Assembly (NCBI GenBank): GCA_046538485.1
Contig: JBKHIT010000010.1
Span: 40,568-104,567 of the forward strand
Direction of reading: 5' to 3'
DNA: 64,000 nt
From: Candidatus Brocadiia bacterium
Lineage (GTDB): Bacteria; Planctomycetota; Brocadiia; SM23-32
Shown here: piece by piece, positions 51,853 to 62,950 of the stretch
Layout: the number at the start of each line of letters is the position of its first letter
Position numbering within the stretch: the first letter of the stretch is position 1
Notes under the pieces: model-generated
What the model saw: the letters and a program-made list of their open reading frames with translations, nothing else
Databases searched by the model: none
What the model was told of the DNA's origin: nothing
Program-made: the position numbers and the translations under genes

Positions 51853-53049
51853 TCAGCGGTAATTTCGTTTCGACACGTAAAGCAGGAGACCGGCAGCTTT
51901 GTGCGGATGGCTGTAAGTGCATCCAAGTCCAATAAATACATTACCATTCACCACCACCATCGACGAGGCGCGTGTCGGGGAATACAGATGGAAAAGCGGC
52001 GTAAAGTCTTTCCCGTTCTCCGTGCGGAAGATTTCAATCCGATATCGCCTCTGACCTTTTCCTTTCTTCCGGCGGGTATTCGCCAGCACGTAGGCCGTTC
52101 CTTTTGAAACCGTCACGTCATCCGGGAGAACGCTAAGATCGCAATGGGTAACGTGAAGTTCAGCCCCCTCCCCCTCCATCGCTTCCGCGCGGAACAGGCC
52201 CAGCCCTCCGGTATGATCATTCCATGAACTTTTGCCGCGTCCAAGCCCGATGTAGAGAACCGTGTCCTCATCCAGGTTCACAGGACTTTTAGCGTAGGAT
52301 TGCTCCGTGTACCCGGAGTACACATCGGGAATTTTGAGGAGGCCTTCCCCCTTGGATCCCCTTCCCCATGTGTCCATGCGTGTATTGACAAAAGTGTCGC
52401 CATTATAGTGTTTGATCCAGCCTTCATAACCGGTCATGTAGAGCTCTCCCCCGCATTCAAATAACGTTACAGTCCGTATCTTATCAAGCGCTTTTCCGCA
52501 GGAGCTCCATGTATTACCACGATCCTCAGAAACAACGACCTCTCCCTGCCAGCGCGCGATAGCCACAAACAGCTTTTCGCCATATCGACAAACATCGAAC
52601 ACGTGGGCACCGTGCTGTTCTCCTTTTTGAGGAACCAGGATTTTATCCCATTGGCCCCGGCGTTGTTGAACATAGATGGCCGTTCGGCCACTCCCGGTTG
52701 GATCAATGCCGGGGAAACACAACCGATCCCAAATCACACAATATTTACTGATCATCTCCTCTTTAACGGTGCCCTCCGATCCAAACTGACCACTCCTCAT
52801 ATCATAATAATAGATCGGTGTCGGGCCGGTATTAATCGTAGCATCCCCGGACCCCAGATAAATACGCCGGCCAAAAACCGCCATATCGTGAACGGATCGA
52901 GCGTGAAGCCGTTTGCCCCCTTTATCGGTATACTTATCCCCCACGGCCGATCCCAGAACTTTCAAACGGTTGGTCACATCCGGCGAATCAGCCAGAACAG
53001 CCGGACAGAGACCAAACAACAACATCAATATCACAATCCTCCTCAACAT
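51853..53049 (-). CDS. Secreted beta-propeller protein with Asp-box/BNR-like motifs
   Basis: Signal peptide; SEDRGNTW and TENGKDF Asp-box-like motifs; AAGGAG RBS. Confidence 0.65.
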   Translation of the reverse strand: MLRRIVILMLLFGLCPAVLADSPDVTNRLKVLGSAVGDKYTDKGGKRLHARSVHDMAVFGRRIYLGSGDATINTGPTPIYYYDMRSGQFGSEGTVKEEMISKYCVIWDRLCFPGIDPTGSGRTAIYVQQRRGQWDKILVPQKGEQHGAHVFDVCRYGEKLFVAIARWQGEVVVSEDRGNTWSSCGKALDKIRTVTLFECGGELYMTGYEGWIKHYNGDTFVNTRMDTWGRGSKGEGLLKIPDVYSGYTEQSYAKSPVNLDEDTVLYIGLGRGKSSWNDHTGGLGLFRAEAMEGEGAELHVTHCDLSVLPDDVTVSKGTAYVLANTRRKKGKGQRRYRIEIFRTENGKDFTPLFHLYSPTRASSMVVVNGNVFIGLGCTYSHPHKAAGLLLYVSKRNYR

Positions 53050-53213
53050 TTCCCCATTCTCCTTCAAATTATAAGCCGAGTAATTGTACCGTGTAATCGG
53101 CCGTGTCCAATAGATGGTAAAGCTGGAACACTTCGGGAAAACAGAACACTTTCATCCTGATTATAAAGACACATCGGCGGGGACACAACACATTTGAGAG
53201 GCAAGCAATCCTG

Positions 53214-56200
53214 TCAGTTGTGGATAATTGGCGGTTGTTTCAGAATGCGAATTTCAAAATCGTGCTCACCCCCCAGAACGGGAACGATTAAAGTCTCTCC
53301 CGAGGTCCCCGGCGCATAGGTCTGTCCGTCAATCACCAGCGTCGGCAGACGATCCAGGGCTGCCGGACGTGTCAGGTACAAAAACCGATCCTGGCCGGCG
53401 GTTCGTCCCGTAATGCAGTTTTCATCGAATGTAAGCGCGTAGGGCCCGCCTGCCCCCCAGGACTTAAGTTTCTTGTAGCTTACGCTCCTGCCTTTCTCCA
53501 GCACAAGACTCACGGCCCCCTTCTCGCGCACAATAACCCCACCTCGTCGACCTTCAAATCGCACGCCCTGGCCTTCCCAGGTAGAGAGAGTGTTGAAATC
53601 AAAACCGTAAGCAAAACCTCCGTCGAACTCATAACACATAACCCCATCCTGAACTCGCTGAGTTTGCGATCCTTGCGGGGCGGAAAACTTGATGTCATGC
53701 TCGGGCGCGGCCACTCTAATAGTTTCGGAACCCAGCTCATCTTTTGGGACCACCCGTATCGCGGGGATTTCGGCACGGAGCTTCGCGCCCTTGTAAGCAA
53801 TCACTCCGCCGCCTTCGGCGATTACGAGATGAACTTCCTCCGGGTACACGCGCACCGCTCCCGCGACGCCCTGAAAATCCACCTCAGGACCGTCATATTT
53901 CATCGGTTCGTGGTCGACAAACACATAATCGGTGGCTTCTTCTGTGCTTATTCGTGCTGCTCCCGGGCCAAGAACTTCATATTGAGGTCCGGATTCGCCA
54001 TCTGCCCTGGGATATAACACGGTGACTATATCCTGTCCGGCTTCAACCGGGCCCACGGCATTGACCGTAATCGTCTCTTTAAAACCGGCCTTGTTCCTGT
54101 TCTTCTTTGATTCCTGTGTACCATGGGCTTTCCGCCAGTTTTTAGCCACAGCGTGATACATTGGACCGTGTCCGGATTCCTCCCGGGATTCAACCTCGAT
54201 GGAATCCGGCTGGAGAAAGTGGACGTCAAGATAGTGACCAAAAGGGCTCTTATAAAGCAACTCGTTTTGTGTCGTTCGAACATTTGCTTTGGGCCCCAGT
54301 GTTCGAAGATACCACCATTTTTTCTGGAGTTCTTTGCCTTTCTTACGCGGAGAAAAACTGTCCCGGAACACAAAATAATTCGGCCCGGTAGCCTTTTTCC
54401 CTTTCAAGAAGATAATCTGGCGGGCCCATCGTTGCGGACCGTAATCCCCCAGACCGCGGATATAATCCACGCTTTCGCTGAAAAATTTCCGATGCACCTG
54501 TGAGGCAGGCCCACCTCCCGGCCAACCACCTGTATTGCTCTTTCGCCCGAATCGCACCCGGCTGTGCCATCCAAACTGATTGTATAACTTTTTGTAGTTT
54601 TTGAGCTGCTGAATAGCATAAGCTCGCAGGCTCAGATTGATCAGGGGAGCGCCTTTGGAAAAAAGTGCGAAATCTCCCTGGTTTGCGTCACAATGGCTGG
54701 TCAGATATCCCTGTCGATATGAGAGGTATGTCTCGTTGGGGTCGCCAGCATGCGCCCTTAAAACAGCGCCGAACCCCGGCAAACGTTTGCTTTTCAAATA
54801 TCCCGGGACCGAACCGGAATTCCCTTCTTTTGCCAGATCAGCGTGGACAGTAGCCCACTTCCCGAAATTGCCGCTATGGTGCGTTTTGAGGGGACGGTCC
54901 AACGCCTCCCACGCCCATGCCAGCGCCTGCGCCAACCGGGGATTGTTCCGTCGAGCCAGTGCCGCCGCCACAAGCCAATGCGCGCCGACTTTGACGCCTT
55001 CATGCCCCCATGCCGGGAGCACTCGCGTTCCGAACCGTGGATCCTTGGGAGACAGGAGCTGCAGTGTAAACCGGGCGGGAAGGGTGCAAAGCCGACTCGT
55101 ACGATCATCCAGTCTCCCGCCTTTTTCTAATACCATACCTGCTTGCATTAAATGGGGCGCGCTTGCAGCGAAATACGTAATAAGTTCACTCCAGGCACCT
55201 TCCGGGGCGACGTTCATAGCCAGCTTATATTTCTCAAATTCTCCGATCATGTCCAGCCAATCCTGTGCTCGGGGATGCTCGGGGATCAGAGAAGCCGTAA
55301 AGGCCAGCGCCAGCGTCCGATTGATCGCCATATTGGGAGTCCCAAGATGGATCATTGATCCTCGCGGGTTGAAATCGGGCTCGGCCAGCGCATGACTGAC
55401 TGCTGCAATATAGCGGCGAAGCCGTTGACGTCTCTCGGGGCTGAGATTGTCGCTGGAAAGCAGTTCGTCGGCCCAGGGTGTCCACTGAGCGGCCATCTGG
55501 CTCTGCCGGTAGCTGCTTTGATAAGGGGTGGGGTCTTTATCGCTCCGCACTGCTTCTCGCGCTTGTCCCACCGGACCGTGCCACTGGCTTCTGCCGGTTA
55601 ATCGCCCCCACAGATTATTACGTTTTTTCTCACTATCCTGGAGGTATAACGATTCCTTCAGCCAGTTACCGGCATTATGATCCGTCAGTCTTTCCTGAAA
55701 ACGGTCGATGTCCTCCCGGCTGAAAAGCAACCGGGGATATGACACGGGCTCCTCGGCCTGCCAGTCGAGAACCCAATCCTTGTAATCATCCAGATTGATA
55801 TATCCCTCGTATCGGCGAAAATCAAACAGCGTATCGTGGAACTGCAGGGGACCGCCCACCAGCGCCCACTGCCGACGCACATAACTCAGCGGTTTATCTG
55901 GATCATATTCGCCGGTCTGCAGGAGGGTATTAGGATGCTTTTCTGCCATAAGCGGCCAGTTCAGATTGACATCCGGCACATTATGGGTGAACAGCATCGT
56001 GGTTCGGTAAGAGTTATGACCACTTCGCCACGTGCCGGCATGAATTGGCACCACGGCTAAGAAAGGGACTCCCGCCTCCTTCCCGGAGGCTTTTTCCAGG
56101 TCCTCTTCCTGAACCAGACCGAAATATTGTGCTGAGGGAGCCCAGGGAAACCAGCAGGCCACGTTAAAAACTTTTTCGTACCTTTTCTTATAGCGAATTT

Positions 56201-57209
56201 TTTTGCTGCCAAACGTGCGCCCCTTGTATGAATCCACGTCATATCCCAGATCCGCCAGTTTTTCCCGGAACGAACTCACTTTTCCCTTGTGGCCTCCCCG
56301 GCGCGAGACATGCCAGTATGCGATATCCGGCTGCCATCCATTCTCTTTCCAGGCACTGGAAAACGACGTCATAAGTCGCCATGTATATCCCGATCCCGTC
56401 CGTCGCAGGTCAAACTGTTCGTCGACATTGACCCAGGGGGCTCCAGCCCTCAGGCGGACCGTCATTTGATACCATCCGCCATTCGTAAATGCATAACGGA
56501 CTCGAGCCTCGGCAAAAACGGGGCCCTGCTCGGTTACCTCGCATGTATAACTGGTTACGCCCGGAGTATTATCGGGATTTTTCGACCAGAAATAACTACC
56601 TCCCACCCATTGGCCATCCGCCAGACGCAATCCCTGGAAAGGGCCGGGGATAATGCCGCTCTCAACCTCACGGCCGTAGCGGCGAACCCGCTCGCCATGG
56701 CCGCCTTTACCGAAAGACAGCGGCTCTTCAAACTCATACGTGCCCGCTTCTGGCATCTGGAACGCGACCAGAGAATTCGAAAGCGTAAGGTAATCATCCC
56801 CCTCCGAAACATCCAGCGATCCTGCCTTCGCGTTGCGCTCCCCCTTGACCAATCGATAATCATACGTTCCTTTTTCTTCAAGCTCGGCCATAAAAGAGAT
56901 TCGAGCCCGGGCAATCGACCCGTCGTCGTGAGTTTTAACCGCCCATAGCTGAAAAGGTTTCTCCCGGCCACCGTCCCCAACCAGACGCATGTTGTCGGCG
57001 TGGGCGACCCCGGCGTCGAACTCCACACGGTAGGTTACCATGGTCTCAGGCCACTCAAGTTTCAGCACCTCCTTTTCCTGAAAACGGGCAAGCAAATCTG
57101 CATCTCCATCAGCATTCTTCGCTGCCCCCCACAGCGAGTTCGCCAAAAGGAGGGATACAAACACACAGAAGACAGAGAACATTTGCAGCGATTGGCGCGG
57201 AGTCGACAT
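53214..57209 (-). CDS. Large secreted heparinase II/III-like polysaccharide lyase (paralog 2)
   Basis: Signal peptide; YPRLLF, DFNPRGSMIHLGTPNMAINRTLAL, GFGAVLR...SHCDANQGDF.LFSKGAPL, WARQIIF; AGGAGG RBS. Confidence 0.6.
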   Translation of the reverse strand: MSTPRQSLQMFSVFCVFVSLLLANSLWGAAKNADGDADLLARFQEKEVLKLEWPETMVTYRVEFDAGVAHADNMRLVGDGGREKPFQLWAVKTHDDGSIARARISFMAELEEKGTYDYRLVKGERNAKAGSLDVSEGDDYLTLSNSLVAFQMPEAGTYEFEEPLSFGKGGHGERVRRYGREVESGIIPGPFQGLRLADGQWVGGSYFWSKNPDNTPGVTSYTCEVTEQGPVFAEARVRYAFTNGGWYQMTVRLRAGAPWVNVDEQFDLRRTGSGYTWRLMTSFSSAWKENGWQPDIAYWHVSRRGGHKGKVSSFREKLADLGYDVDSYKGRTFGSKKIRYKKRYEKVFNVACWFPWAPSAQYFGLVQEEDLEKASGKEAGVPFLAVVPIHAGTWRSGHNSYRTTMLFTHNVPDVNLNWPLMAEKHPNTLLQTGEYDPDKPLSYVRRQWALVGGPLQFHDTLFDFRRYEGYINLDDYKDWVLDWQAEEPVSYPRLLFSREDIDRFQERLTDHNAGNWLKESLYLQDSEKKRNNLWGRLTGRSQWHGPVGQAREAVRSDKDPTPYQSSYRQSQMAAQWTPWADELLSSDNLSPERRQRLRRYIAAVSHALAEPDFNPRGSMIHLGTPNMAINRTLALAFTASLIPEHPRAQDWLDMIGEFEKYKLAMNVAPEGAWSELITYFAASAPHLMQAGMVLEKGGRLDDRTSRLCTLPARFTLQLLSPKDPRFGTRVLPAWGHEGVKVGAHWLVAAALARRNNPRLAQALAWAWEALDRPLKTHHSGNFGKWATVHADLAKEGNSGSVPGYLKSKRLPGFGAVLRAHAGDPNETYLSYRQGYLTSHCDANQGDFALFSKGAPLINLSLRAYAIQQLKNYKKLYNQFGWHSRVRFGRKSNTGGWPGGGPASQVHRKFFSESVDYIRGLGDYGPQRWARQIIFLKGKKATGPNYFVFRDSFSPRKKGKELQKKWWYLRTLGPKANVRTTQNELLYKSPFGHYLDVHFLQPDSIEVESREESGHGPMYHAVAKNWRKAHGTQESKKNRNKAGFKETITVNAVGPVEAGQDIVTVLYPRADGESGPQYEVLGPGAARISTEEATDYVFVDHEPMKYDGPEVDFQGVAGAVRVYPEEVHLVIAEGGGVIAYKGAKLRAEIPAIRVVPKDELGSETIRVAAPEHDIKFSAPQGSQTQRVQDGVMCYEFDGGFAYGFDFNTLSTWEGQGVRFEGRRGGVIVREKGAVSLVLEKGRSVSYKKLKSWGAGGPYALTFDENCITGRTAGQDRFLYLTRPAALDRLPTLVIDGQTYAPGTSGETLIVPVLGGEHDFEIRILKQPPIIHN

Positions 57210-57366
57210 CAAGTAAATCCTCCTGCTGAGTCAACGGGATTACAAAAAGTTTCAAGCTGCCTCAATTTTTCTACCGAGATCCTCAACGCATACAGGGAAC
57301 GACCCGATATAACCGGTTTCGGCGACCGGGACGGTAAAAGCTCGAAAAATCAGACGCAAAGTAAAA

Positions 57367-58113
57367 TCACGGCGGAAGGGTGTAATAATATTCGAACCAA
57401 CCGCCATCTTTTGTCGGGATATCTTCCCCCTGAGTCCACTGGCCATGTCCGTCGAGGAAGATCTCGTTGCTGCCCCCAATCAGTTCATGGAACTCAGCCG
57501 GTTCGGGGATAATCCTGTCATTCCATCCCATCCACCCCTTTCCGTTCCTGGGGTGACACAGGCGTGTATTCCCCGGTGTACCGGGATACCATTGGCAAAT
57601 GTCCGTCATCAGCACAATTTTGCTGGGGAACGGGCAACCGGCCGTATCGAGCGTGTATTGGGTCACCTCGTGCCAACCGCTCTCCCCCGCATCGTGAAGA
57701 GCGCCGCTCGGGCCATCGTACCAGTAGCGCCCTTGCCCCCCATACCACAACAAAGAGCCCCAGGTCTTCCAGTCGCTGGCATCGGGCCAACCCGTGCAGG
57801 CAGTCGTATCCACATTCGGACAATTCAGAAGTTGATCGCGGGCACCATAACCACCAGTCAGCACATCCCAGGGCCGCCCCTCAATACACTCCACCGCTCC
57901 AAACCAGCTGCTGTACATGGTCGGGAATTTGCCGTCGGCGTCCAGAGTATAAACGTGCAAAGCCGTAGAAATTTGCCTTTTCCTGGAAAGACAATTCACT
58001 CGCCGTGCCGCGTTCCGGGCGCTCTCCAGCGCCGGCATCAACATAGCCGCAAGGATGGCAATGATGGCGATGACGACCAGCAGCTCTATCAGGGTGAAAC
58101 CTTCGTCTCGCAT
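57367..58113 (-). CDS. Prepilin-type N-terminal cleavage/methylation protein (DUF1559-like)
   Basis: [30 protein letters not shown]-terminal [11 protein letters not shown]. Confidence 0.9.
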   Translation of the reverse strand: MRDEGFTLIELLVVIAIIAILAAMLMPALESARNAARRVNCLSRKRQISTALHVYTLDADGKFPTMYSSWFGAVECIEGRPWDVLTGGYGARDQLLNCPNVDTTACTGWPDASDWKTWGSLLWYGGQGRYWYDGPSGALHDAGESGWHEVTQYTLDTAGCPFPSKIVLMTDICQWYPGTPGNTRLCHPRNGKGWMGWNDRIIPEPAEFHELIGGSNEIFLDGHGQWTQGEDIPTKDGGWFEYYYTLPP

Positions 58114-58158
58114 TTTTTCCTGCTCCTGTCGGAAGCTTTTCTGAAATAAATGAAGGTA

Positions 58159-59013
58159 TCAGTACCCTCCCTCGGGAAACAGATATCCTGAGCTCCTGTA
58201 CCCATACAGTTGACGGTTCGGAATCCAGTATTCATCCATATGATGCTGACCCTTTATGACAAGCCCCGAGTCCATGGGCCAGTAAACCGTGGGAGCGTTA
58301 CCGTGATCATAATTCGGATGCTGAACATAATGGTCCGGCGGCACCATACCCCGATCGACTCTGACCAGATCACGATAGGGATACCACTCCAGCGAACCAT
58401 CGCAACTGGTAACATTGGCACCCTCCCAATCGTGATTGTTGCCCACCGCTTCGAAAAACTGGCTCGTGGGAGGATAGAAGGATGTAAAATCCATGATGAA
58501 AAGTTTCGGACCACAATTCCCGTACTGCCCGACATTCGTCATTCGTGTCGATCCAAACTCCCGGGCATTACTGTAAAGCCCAAAACCATACACTCCGTAA
58601 CTCCCTTGATGGCCCCAATCCCTATCGTCACGCTTCGGAAATTTTGGCTGGCTCGGGCAAAATATCGCGTCACCTTTATTCAGATAAAGCCCTCCGTTGT
58701 AGCGGTCGTGATCGTCCATTCTGACACTGCCATATTCACGCAGAAAATGGCGAAAACTGGAATCTAAAAGCTTCCCATAAATCCGCGAATACTGAATCGT
58801 GTAGACATTTCCGGCGATTGGAAGCCAATCATTAAAATCCAGGGCATATATGGCCGACGCCTGATACAGCTGACGCTGATTCGATGCGCAGGATGCGCGA
58901 TAGGTCTGCTCACGCGCCCGTTCCAGCGCCGGCATCAGCATTGCCGCCAGAATGGCGATGATGGCGATGACGACGAGCAGCTCAATCAATGTAAACCCTT
59001 TTTTGCATCCCAT
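58159..59013 (-). CDS. Prepilin-type N-terminal cleavage/methylation protein (DUF1559-like)
   Basis: [52 protein letters not shown]. Confidence 0.9.
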   Translation of the reverse strand: MGCKKGFTLIELLVVIAIIAILAAMLMPALERAREQTYRASCASNQRQLYQASAIYALDFNDWLPIAGNVYTIQYSRIYGKLLDSSFRHFLREYGSVRMDDHDRYNGGLYLNKGDAIFCPSQPKFPKRDDRDWGHQGSYGVYGFGLYSNAREFGSTRMTNVGQYGNCGPKLFIMDFTSFYPPTSQFFEAVGNNHDWEGANVTSCDGSLEWYPYRDLVRVDRGMVPPDHYVQHPNYDHGNAPTVYWPMDSGLVIKGQHHMDEYWIPNRQLYGYRSSGYLFPEGGY

Positions 59014-59072
59014 TTTCCGCCTCCTGTCTCTGAGACCAGCCAATAGATACACCGAAGTACGCGCCACGCCAC

Positions 59073-61037
59073 TCAGTGACACGGATTCCCGTTATAAACG
59101 GTCCACGATAGATCCAGAGCGTTCTGGCAAAAATCCTCGTCGCATCGATTGGCCGTGGCTCCCTGATGAACGACATACGGACTGTCCATCAGAAACGATG
59201 CGTTATCGGGGCACCACATAAAACGATTCGGTTTGAAATTCCAGCAGTTCTCCCCCGGAACCCACTCGATATGGTTGTCGTAAAAAAGCGCGTTCATCCC
59301 GCTCGGATCACTCCAGCTATCGTGGTTGCTATATTTGAACTTGTTCCAGTTGATCCAGTTGCCGCCATCGTAACCGTCGCGTTTGGATCTGGACTGATAA
59401 GGAGCGTACCAGTCCCCCGTCACCAGAAAGTTTGTAGCACCGGTAACCAGCGTATCGCGCACGTGCCAGGGCTCATGTTGCCAGTTGTGGCCGCTCGGAT
59501 CCAGATTGCCCCAGTCACCGCCGCCAAAATAATAATAAGTGCCGCAGTAGTTCTCACTATGTTTCAAATTGTCGAGACTTCCGGGATGACCGGACGGGCT
59601 GTAGTCGGGATGGCGCTTCCAGTAGGAGGCCGGGCATATCCGAAGTTCCGGGTTCAGATACCCCTGTGTCATCAGCTCGTCATACTGACCGCCGACAGCG
59701 TCCCTATCCATCGAATAATGCCACGTCCAGACATCCCCTCTCGCCTTATCGGGGATGTATCCGTTGTGGCCGTTGGCATACATCTGCAACGCAAGACCGT
59801 GCTGGCGGAGAATGTTTGTGCAGGAAACGCGTGTTGCCTGAGCGCGGGCACTCTCCAGCGCCGGCATCAGCATAGCCGCCAGGATTGCAATGATCGCGAC
59901 GACAACCAGCAGCTCAATCAGGGTAAACCCACCCGCCGGCGCCGTCACCTCGCCGACTTCCTCGGACCCTTCGGGGACCTCCGGCGGTTGAAAACGAAAG
60001 ACCTCGTCTCGACCATTACCCGGGGACGGCTCACCGATCGTCCGCTCAATCGCTTCTTCAATGACCACACCCCAATCGAGCTCGATTCGGGGACAGGCCG
60101 AGGGCAAATACAGACTGGAGCCTTTATTCACCATGACCGCGATACGGGACGGATCAAGCGCCGGTTCGGGATGTGTCTGCGCTTCCTCAATCGCACCGTA
60201 GGCCGTCATGTCATCCATAATAACCATTCCGTCGGGGGCCGGCTCCACCGCAAAAACCTCGCGGTAAAGCCGGCGTCCCCCCTCGATCGAACTACCCCAC
60301 CCCGCTCGAATCCAGTCGGGACTGACCTCCATCTGAAAAGAACGGCACGAACGCAAAAACGCCTCCCGCACGTCGGCAGATCCCCCCGCGCTCTGCTGAA
60401 CAATACCGATTTTCTGACAGCCCTCCCGCCAGAGCCACCTGACCGCGTCCTCCACGGCCTCACATGCTCTCTTGTGGTCGGGTTCGAGCTGAATGACCGG
60501 GGTGTGCACCCCCGGCAGCTGTTCGTGAACGATCTCGGCGTAAACCGCACCCACCAGCAAAGCATCGATACTTTCGTTCAATAGATCGTCGACAAGCGAC
60601 TCGGGCAGTTGCGCATGACCATCCGAGGGACGAACCGCCATGTATTGACGGTGGTTCAAACCTCGCCGGTCCACGACCTGCATGAATTCATGAGCGATGA
60701 CCCAGCCAAAATTGGCCTGCAGGGGAAGCGAAGGGTCCACAACAGTCAGAAGCCCGATCGTCTGCACGGACCGGTGCTCGAGGACCACCGTGCCCAGACC
60801 CGGTTTACGGCGGACGCGATTCCGTTTCGACAGCAGGCTGAGCGCATCCTGCGCCACCTGGCAGCTCACGCTGAAAAGCTCGGCCATCTCCGCAGTCGGG
60901 GGCAACTTCTGGCCCGGACTCAACTCACCGGCGTCAATCAATCCCCCCAGTTTGCCAGCTATCTGACGCGCCATCGGCAGGCCACTGGACGACTCGCAGC
61001 GCACCCCGCTCAGAATGTCCTTAATCGCTTTCACCAT
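59073..61037 (-). CDS. Fusion of a GntR/LacI-type transcription regulator with a prepilin-type DUF1559-like domain
   Basis: [18 protein letters not shown] wHTH and PBP-like domain, then in frame [26 protein letters not shown] (Phe codon 59927-59925) and NH....[10 protein letters not shown]. Confidence 0.85.
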   Translation of the reverse strand: MVKAIKDILSGVRCESSSGLPMARQIAGKLGGLIDAGELSPGQKLPPTAEMAELFSVSCQVAQDALSLLSKRNRVRRKPGLGTVVLEHRSVQTIGLLTVVDPSLPLQANFGWVIAHEFMQVVDRRGLNHRQYMAVRPSDGHAQLPESLVDDLLNESIDALLVGAVYAEIVHEQLPGVHTPVIQLEPDHKRACEAVEDAVRWLWREGCQKIGIVQQSAGGSADVREAFLRSCRSFQMEVSPDWIRAGWGSSIEGGRRLYREVFAVEPAPDGMVIMDDMTAYGAIEEAQTHPEPALDPSRIAVMVNKGSSLYLPSACPRIELDWGVVIEEAIERTIGEPSPGNGRDEVFRFQPPEVPEGSEEVGEVTAPAGGFTLIELLVVVAIIAILAAMLMPALESARAQATRVSCTNILRQHGLALQMYANGHNGYIPDKARGDVWTWHYSMDRDAVGGQYDELMTQGYLNPELRICPASYWKRHPDYSPSGHPGSLDNLKHSENYCGTYYYFGGGDWGNLDPSGHNWQHEPWHVRDTLVTGATNFLVTGDWYAPYQSRSKRDGYDGGNWINWNKFKYSNHDSWSDPSGMNALFYDNHIEWVPGENCWNFKPNRFMWCPDNASFLMDSPYVVHQGATANRCDEDFCQNALDLSWTVYNGNPCH

Positions 61038-61093
61038 TTGCTTTCCCTGTAGCGCTCTCCTCAAGCGACTTATTATAAACTTCTTCTACAGTT

Positions 61094-61121
61094 ATTATAT
61101 CGACCGTTCCGGGGATGTCAA
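61094..61121 (-). promoter_or_regulatory. Consensus sigma70 promoter of regulator-prepilin operon
   Basis: TTGACA-16 bp-TATAAT on the minus strand. Confidence 0.75.
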
Positions 61122-61412
61122 GGATTTCCCGGGACGAAAATCGGCACTGAAACTGGTCTCTCTCAACCATCCCTCCCCCTGCCACCCGGCTTGTCCGCCT
61201 CGGGCGCCGCCCGTCCCGGGTATATGGCGATTTTTCGCACAAGCAAATTCTTCTTTCACTTGACTTCCAAGCGGAGTCCCCCCATATTGCTCGCTCTGGA
61301 AGACGGGCGGAAGATGTTGTGTGCAGCTCCGCCCGAAGGGAATCCGCATCGGTTCCGGCGATGTCCCAGCCGACTGCGGATCGGAAAAAATCTTAGATGG
61401 GGATCTTGTATC

Positions 61413-62459
61413 ATGTGTACAAGGGTGTGGGTCCGCGGACACCACCGCGGCGTGTCTGATTTTACGGGAAAAAAGAGTAACCGTGCCGCGTTTACTCTCA
61501 TCGAACTTCTTGTCGTCATCGGGATCATCTCGATTCTCTGCGCTATTCTTCTCCCGGCAGTGCAGGCCGCCCGGGGGATTGCACAACAGACAGCCTGCCT
61601 CTCGAACTATCGCTCTTTCGGCGAAGCGATGACGATCTATTCTCTTGAAAACGGCGGCCACCTCCCCGGCCCCAATACGTCCGGAGCTGGCTACGACGGG
61701 ACGAATGTTCCACTGGCACGAGACACGCGGGCCGATTTTCCAACCCAGAATACGGACTGGATTTCGCCCCTTTTCGGCAGCGAGTTCGGCTTTCCTTCCG
61801 AACACGCCACAAGGATGGAAGCTATTCTGGAGAACTCCCTCAGCTGTCCTGCCAACTCTCGGCGCTACGACTACCTGTATCCCGGAATGGGTTTGACGGA
61901 GTGGCATTACGCGAGCTACAACGCTCCCCTCGGTTTCCATGTCCGTCTGGACGGCCGAGCCAACAGCGATCCGACCGATGGCGATGATTCAAGCGTCCGC
62001 TATTATATCGACAGCTACCCGCGAAATTATTCATTCCTTCTCTCTCAGGTCGGACCTGCCGCTCAGAAGGTAAGCGTCTTCGAAGGCGCGCGGTACTGGG
62101 CGTACTGGATGGATTGGCCCGAGGAAGTTTCTTTCGACGGCTGGCCGTACAATGAATACGGCGGCAACTGGATGAATTATGGACCGGTCAGTAACTTCCG
62201 CTGGGACGGAAATCCGCACAAATTCAACATGTTACATAACCCGAGTTATCCGAAAAGACGATCCCTTGAAGGCGCGTATCGTCATGATAAAAACGGTCCC
62301 GCAATGAATTGCTTGTTTTTCGACGGTCATGCGAAATTATTGCACTGGCGCGAGAGTTTGTGCGTCAGCAACTACTTTCCGACCGGTTGCAAAATCGGAG
62401 GAATCTACGGCACCACCCAGATCTACGAAGATCATGCGAACGGAGAGATCCTGGATTAG
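61413..62459 (+). CDS. Prepilin-type N-terminal cleavage/methylation protein (DUF1559-like); start uncertain
   Basis: [51 protein letters not shown]. Confidence 0.88.
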   Translation: MCTRVWVRGHHRGVSDFTGKKSNRAAFTLIELLVVIGIISILCAILLPAVQAARGIAQQTACLSNYRSFGEAMTIYSLENGGHLPGPNTSGAGYDGTNVPLARDTRADFPTQNTDWISPLFGSEFGFPSEHATRMEAILENSLSCPANSRRYDYLYPGMGLTEWHYASYNAPLGFHVRLDGRANSDPTDGDDSSVRYYIDSYPRNYSFLLSQVGPAAQKVSVFEGARYWAYWMDWPEEVSFDGWPYNEYGGNWMNYGPVSNFRWDGNPHKFNMLHNPSYPKRRSLEGAYRHDKNGPAMNCLFFDGHAKLLHWRESLCVSNYFPTGCKIGGIYGTTQIYEDHANGEILD

Positions 62460-62607
62460 GGTGCCTGCATCGGCCTATCTCCCCTGGACAGGCCTGCTTC
62501 GGCATCCGCGCCAGCCACAAATGCGCTCGCTCTCGGTCCGACGACCGTATTTTCAGACAGAGCGGGGTCAGTATCGTCAACCCTTTGATTAACCGCTTTC
62601 CCGTTGC

Positions 62608-62636
62608 TTGACAGTCACGTTGGTCTCAGCTACACT
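62608..62636 (+). promoter_or_regulatory. sigma70 promoter of tRNA-Ala
   Basis: TTGACA-17 bp-TACACT, 12 bp upstream of the tRNA. Confidence 0.8.
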
Positions 62637-62648
62637 CATTGTACCCGT

Positions 62649-62724
62649 GGGGGATTAGCTCAGCTGGGAGAGCGCGACAATGGCATTGTCGAGGCCGCGG
62701 GTTCGAGCCCCGCATCCTCCACCA
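62649..62724 (+). tRNA. tRNA-Ala(GGC)
   Basis: 76-nt cloverleaf; acceptor GGGGGAT/ATCCTCC with G3:U70; anticodon stem CGACA/TGTCG; TTCGA T-loop; encoded CCA. Confidence 0.97.
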
Positions 62725-62950
62725 CTTTTTCTTCCCTGTAATCTCCTTCCTCGCCGTCATTTATGACGATACCCTCTGCACCGGCAGCTTTCTTTTGTGT
62801 TGATTTTGTGTTCTCGGCCCCCTTCAAAAAGGATTCGCCAACCTGCTCCGCAACGTTTTTGAGCTCCCTCGGGCGTGTCTTGCCGCCCCTGTCCTCCTGG
62901 GAGTAAAGCTCCGGAAGTTGCTTCCTGAGTTTTTTGGTCAGAAGTTTCAT
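62725..62950 (-). pseudogene. Gene remnant: DUF2958-like N-terminus joined to unrelated sequence
   Basis: AAGGAG RBS and MKLLTKKLRKQLPELYSQE, then similarity is lost after ~24 codons and the frame runs into the tRNA. Confidence 0.45.

Noticed and set aside
59166..60584. Long antisense ORFs (e.g. 59166-60584+, 25952-27301-, 35646-36893-, 14053-15090+)
   Set aside because: Shadow frames of well-supported genes in GC-rich DNA, with no recognisable motifs
57367..62459. Diversity-generating retroelement acting on the prepilin genes
   Set aside because: No reverse transcriptase and no TR/VR pair differing at adenines was seen
62660..62724. Coding extension of the 62660-62950 ORF across the tRNA
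   Set aside because: The translation VEDAGLEPAAS is simply the antisense of the tRNA
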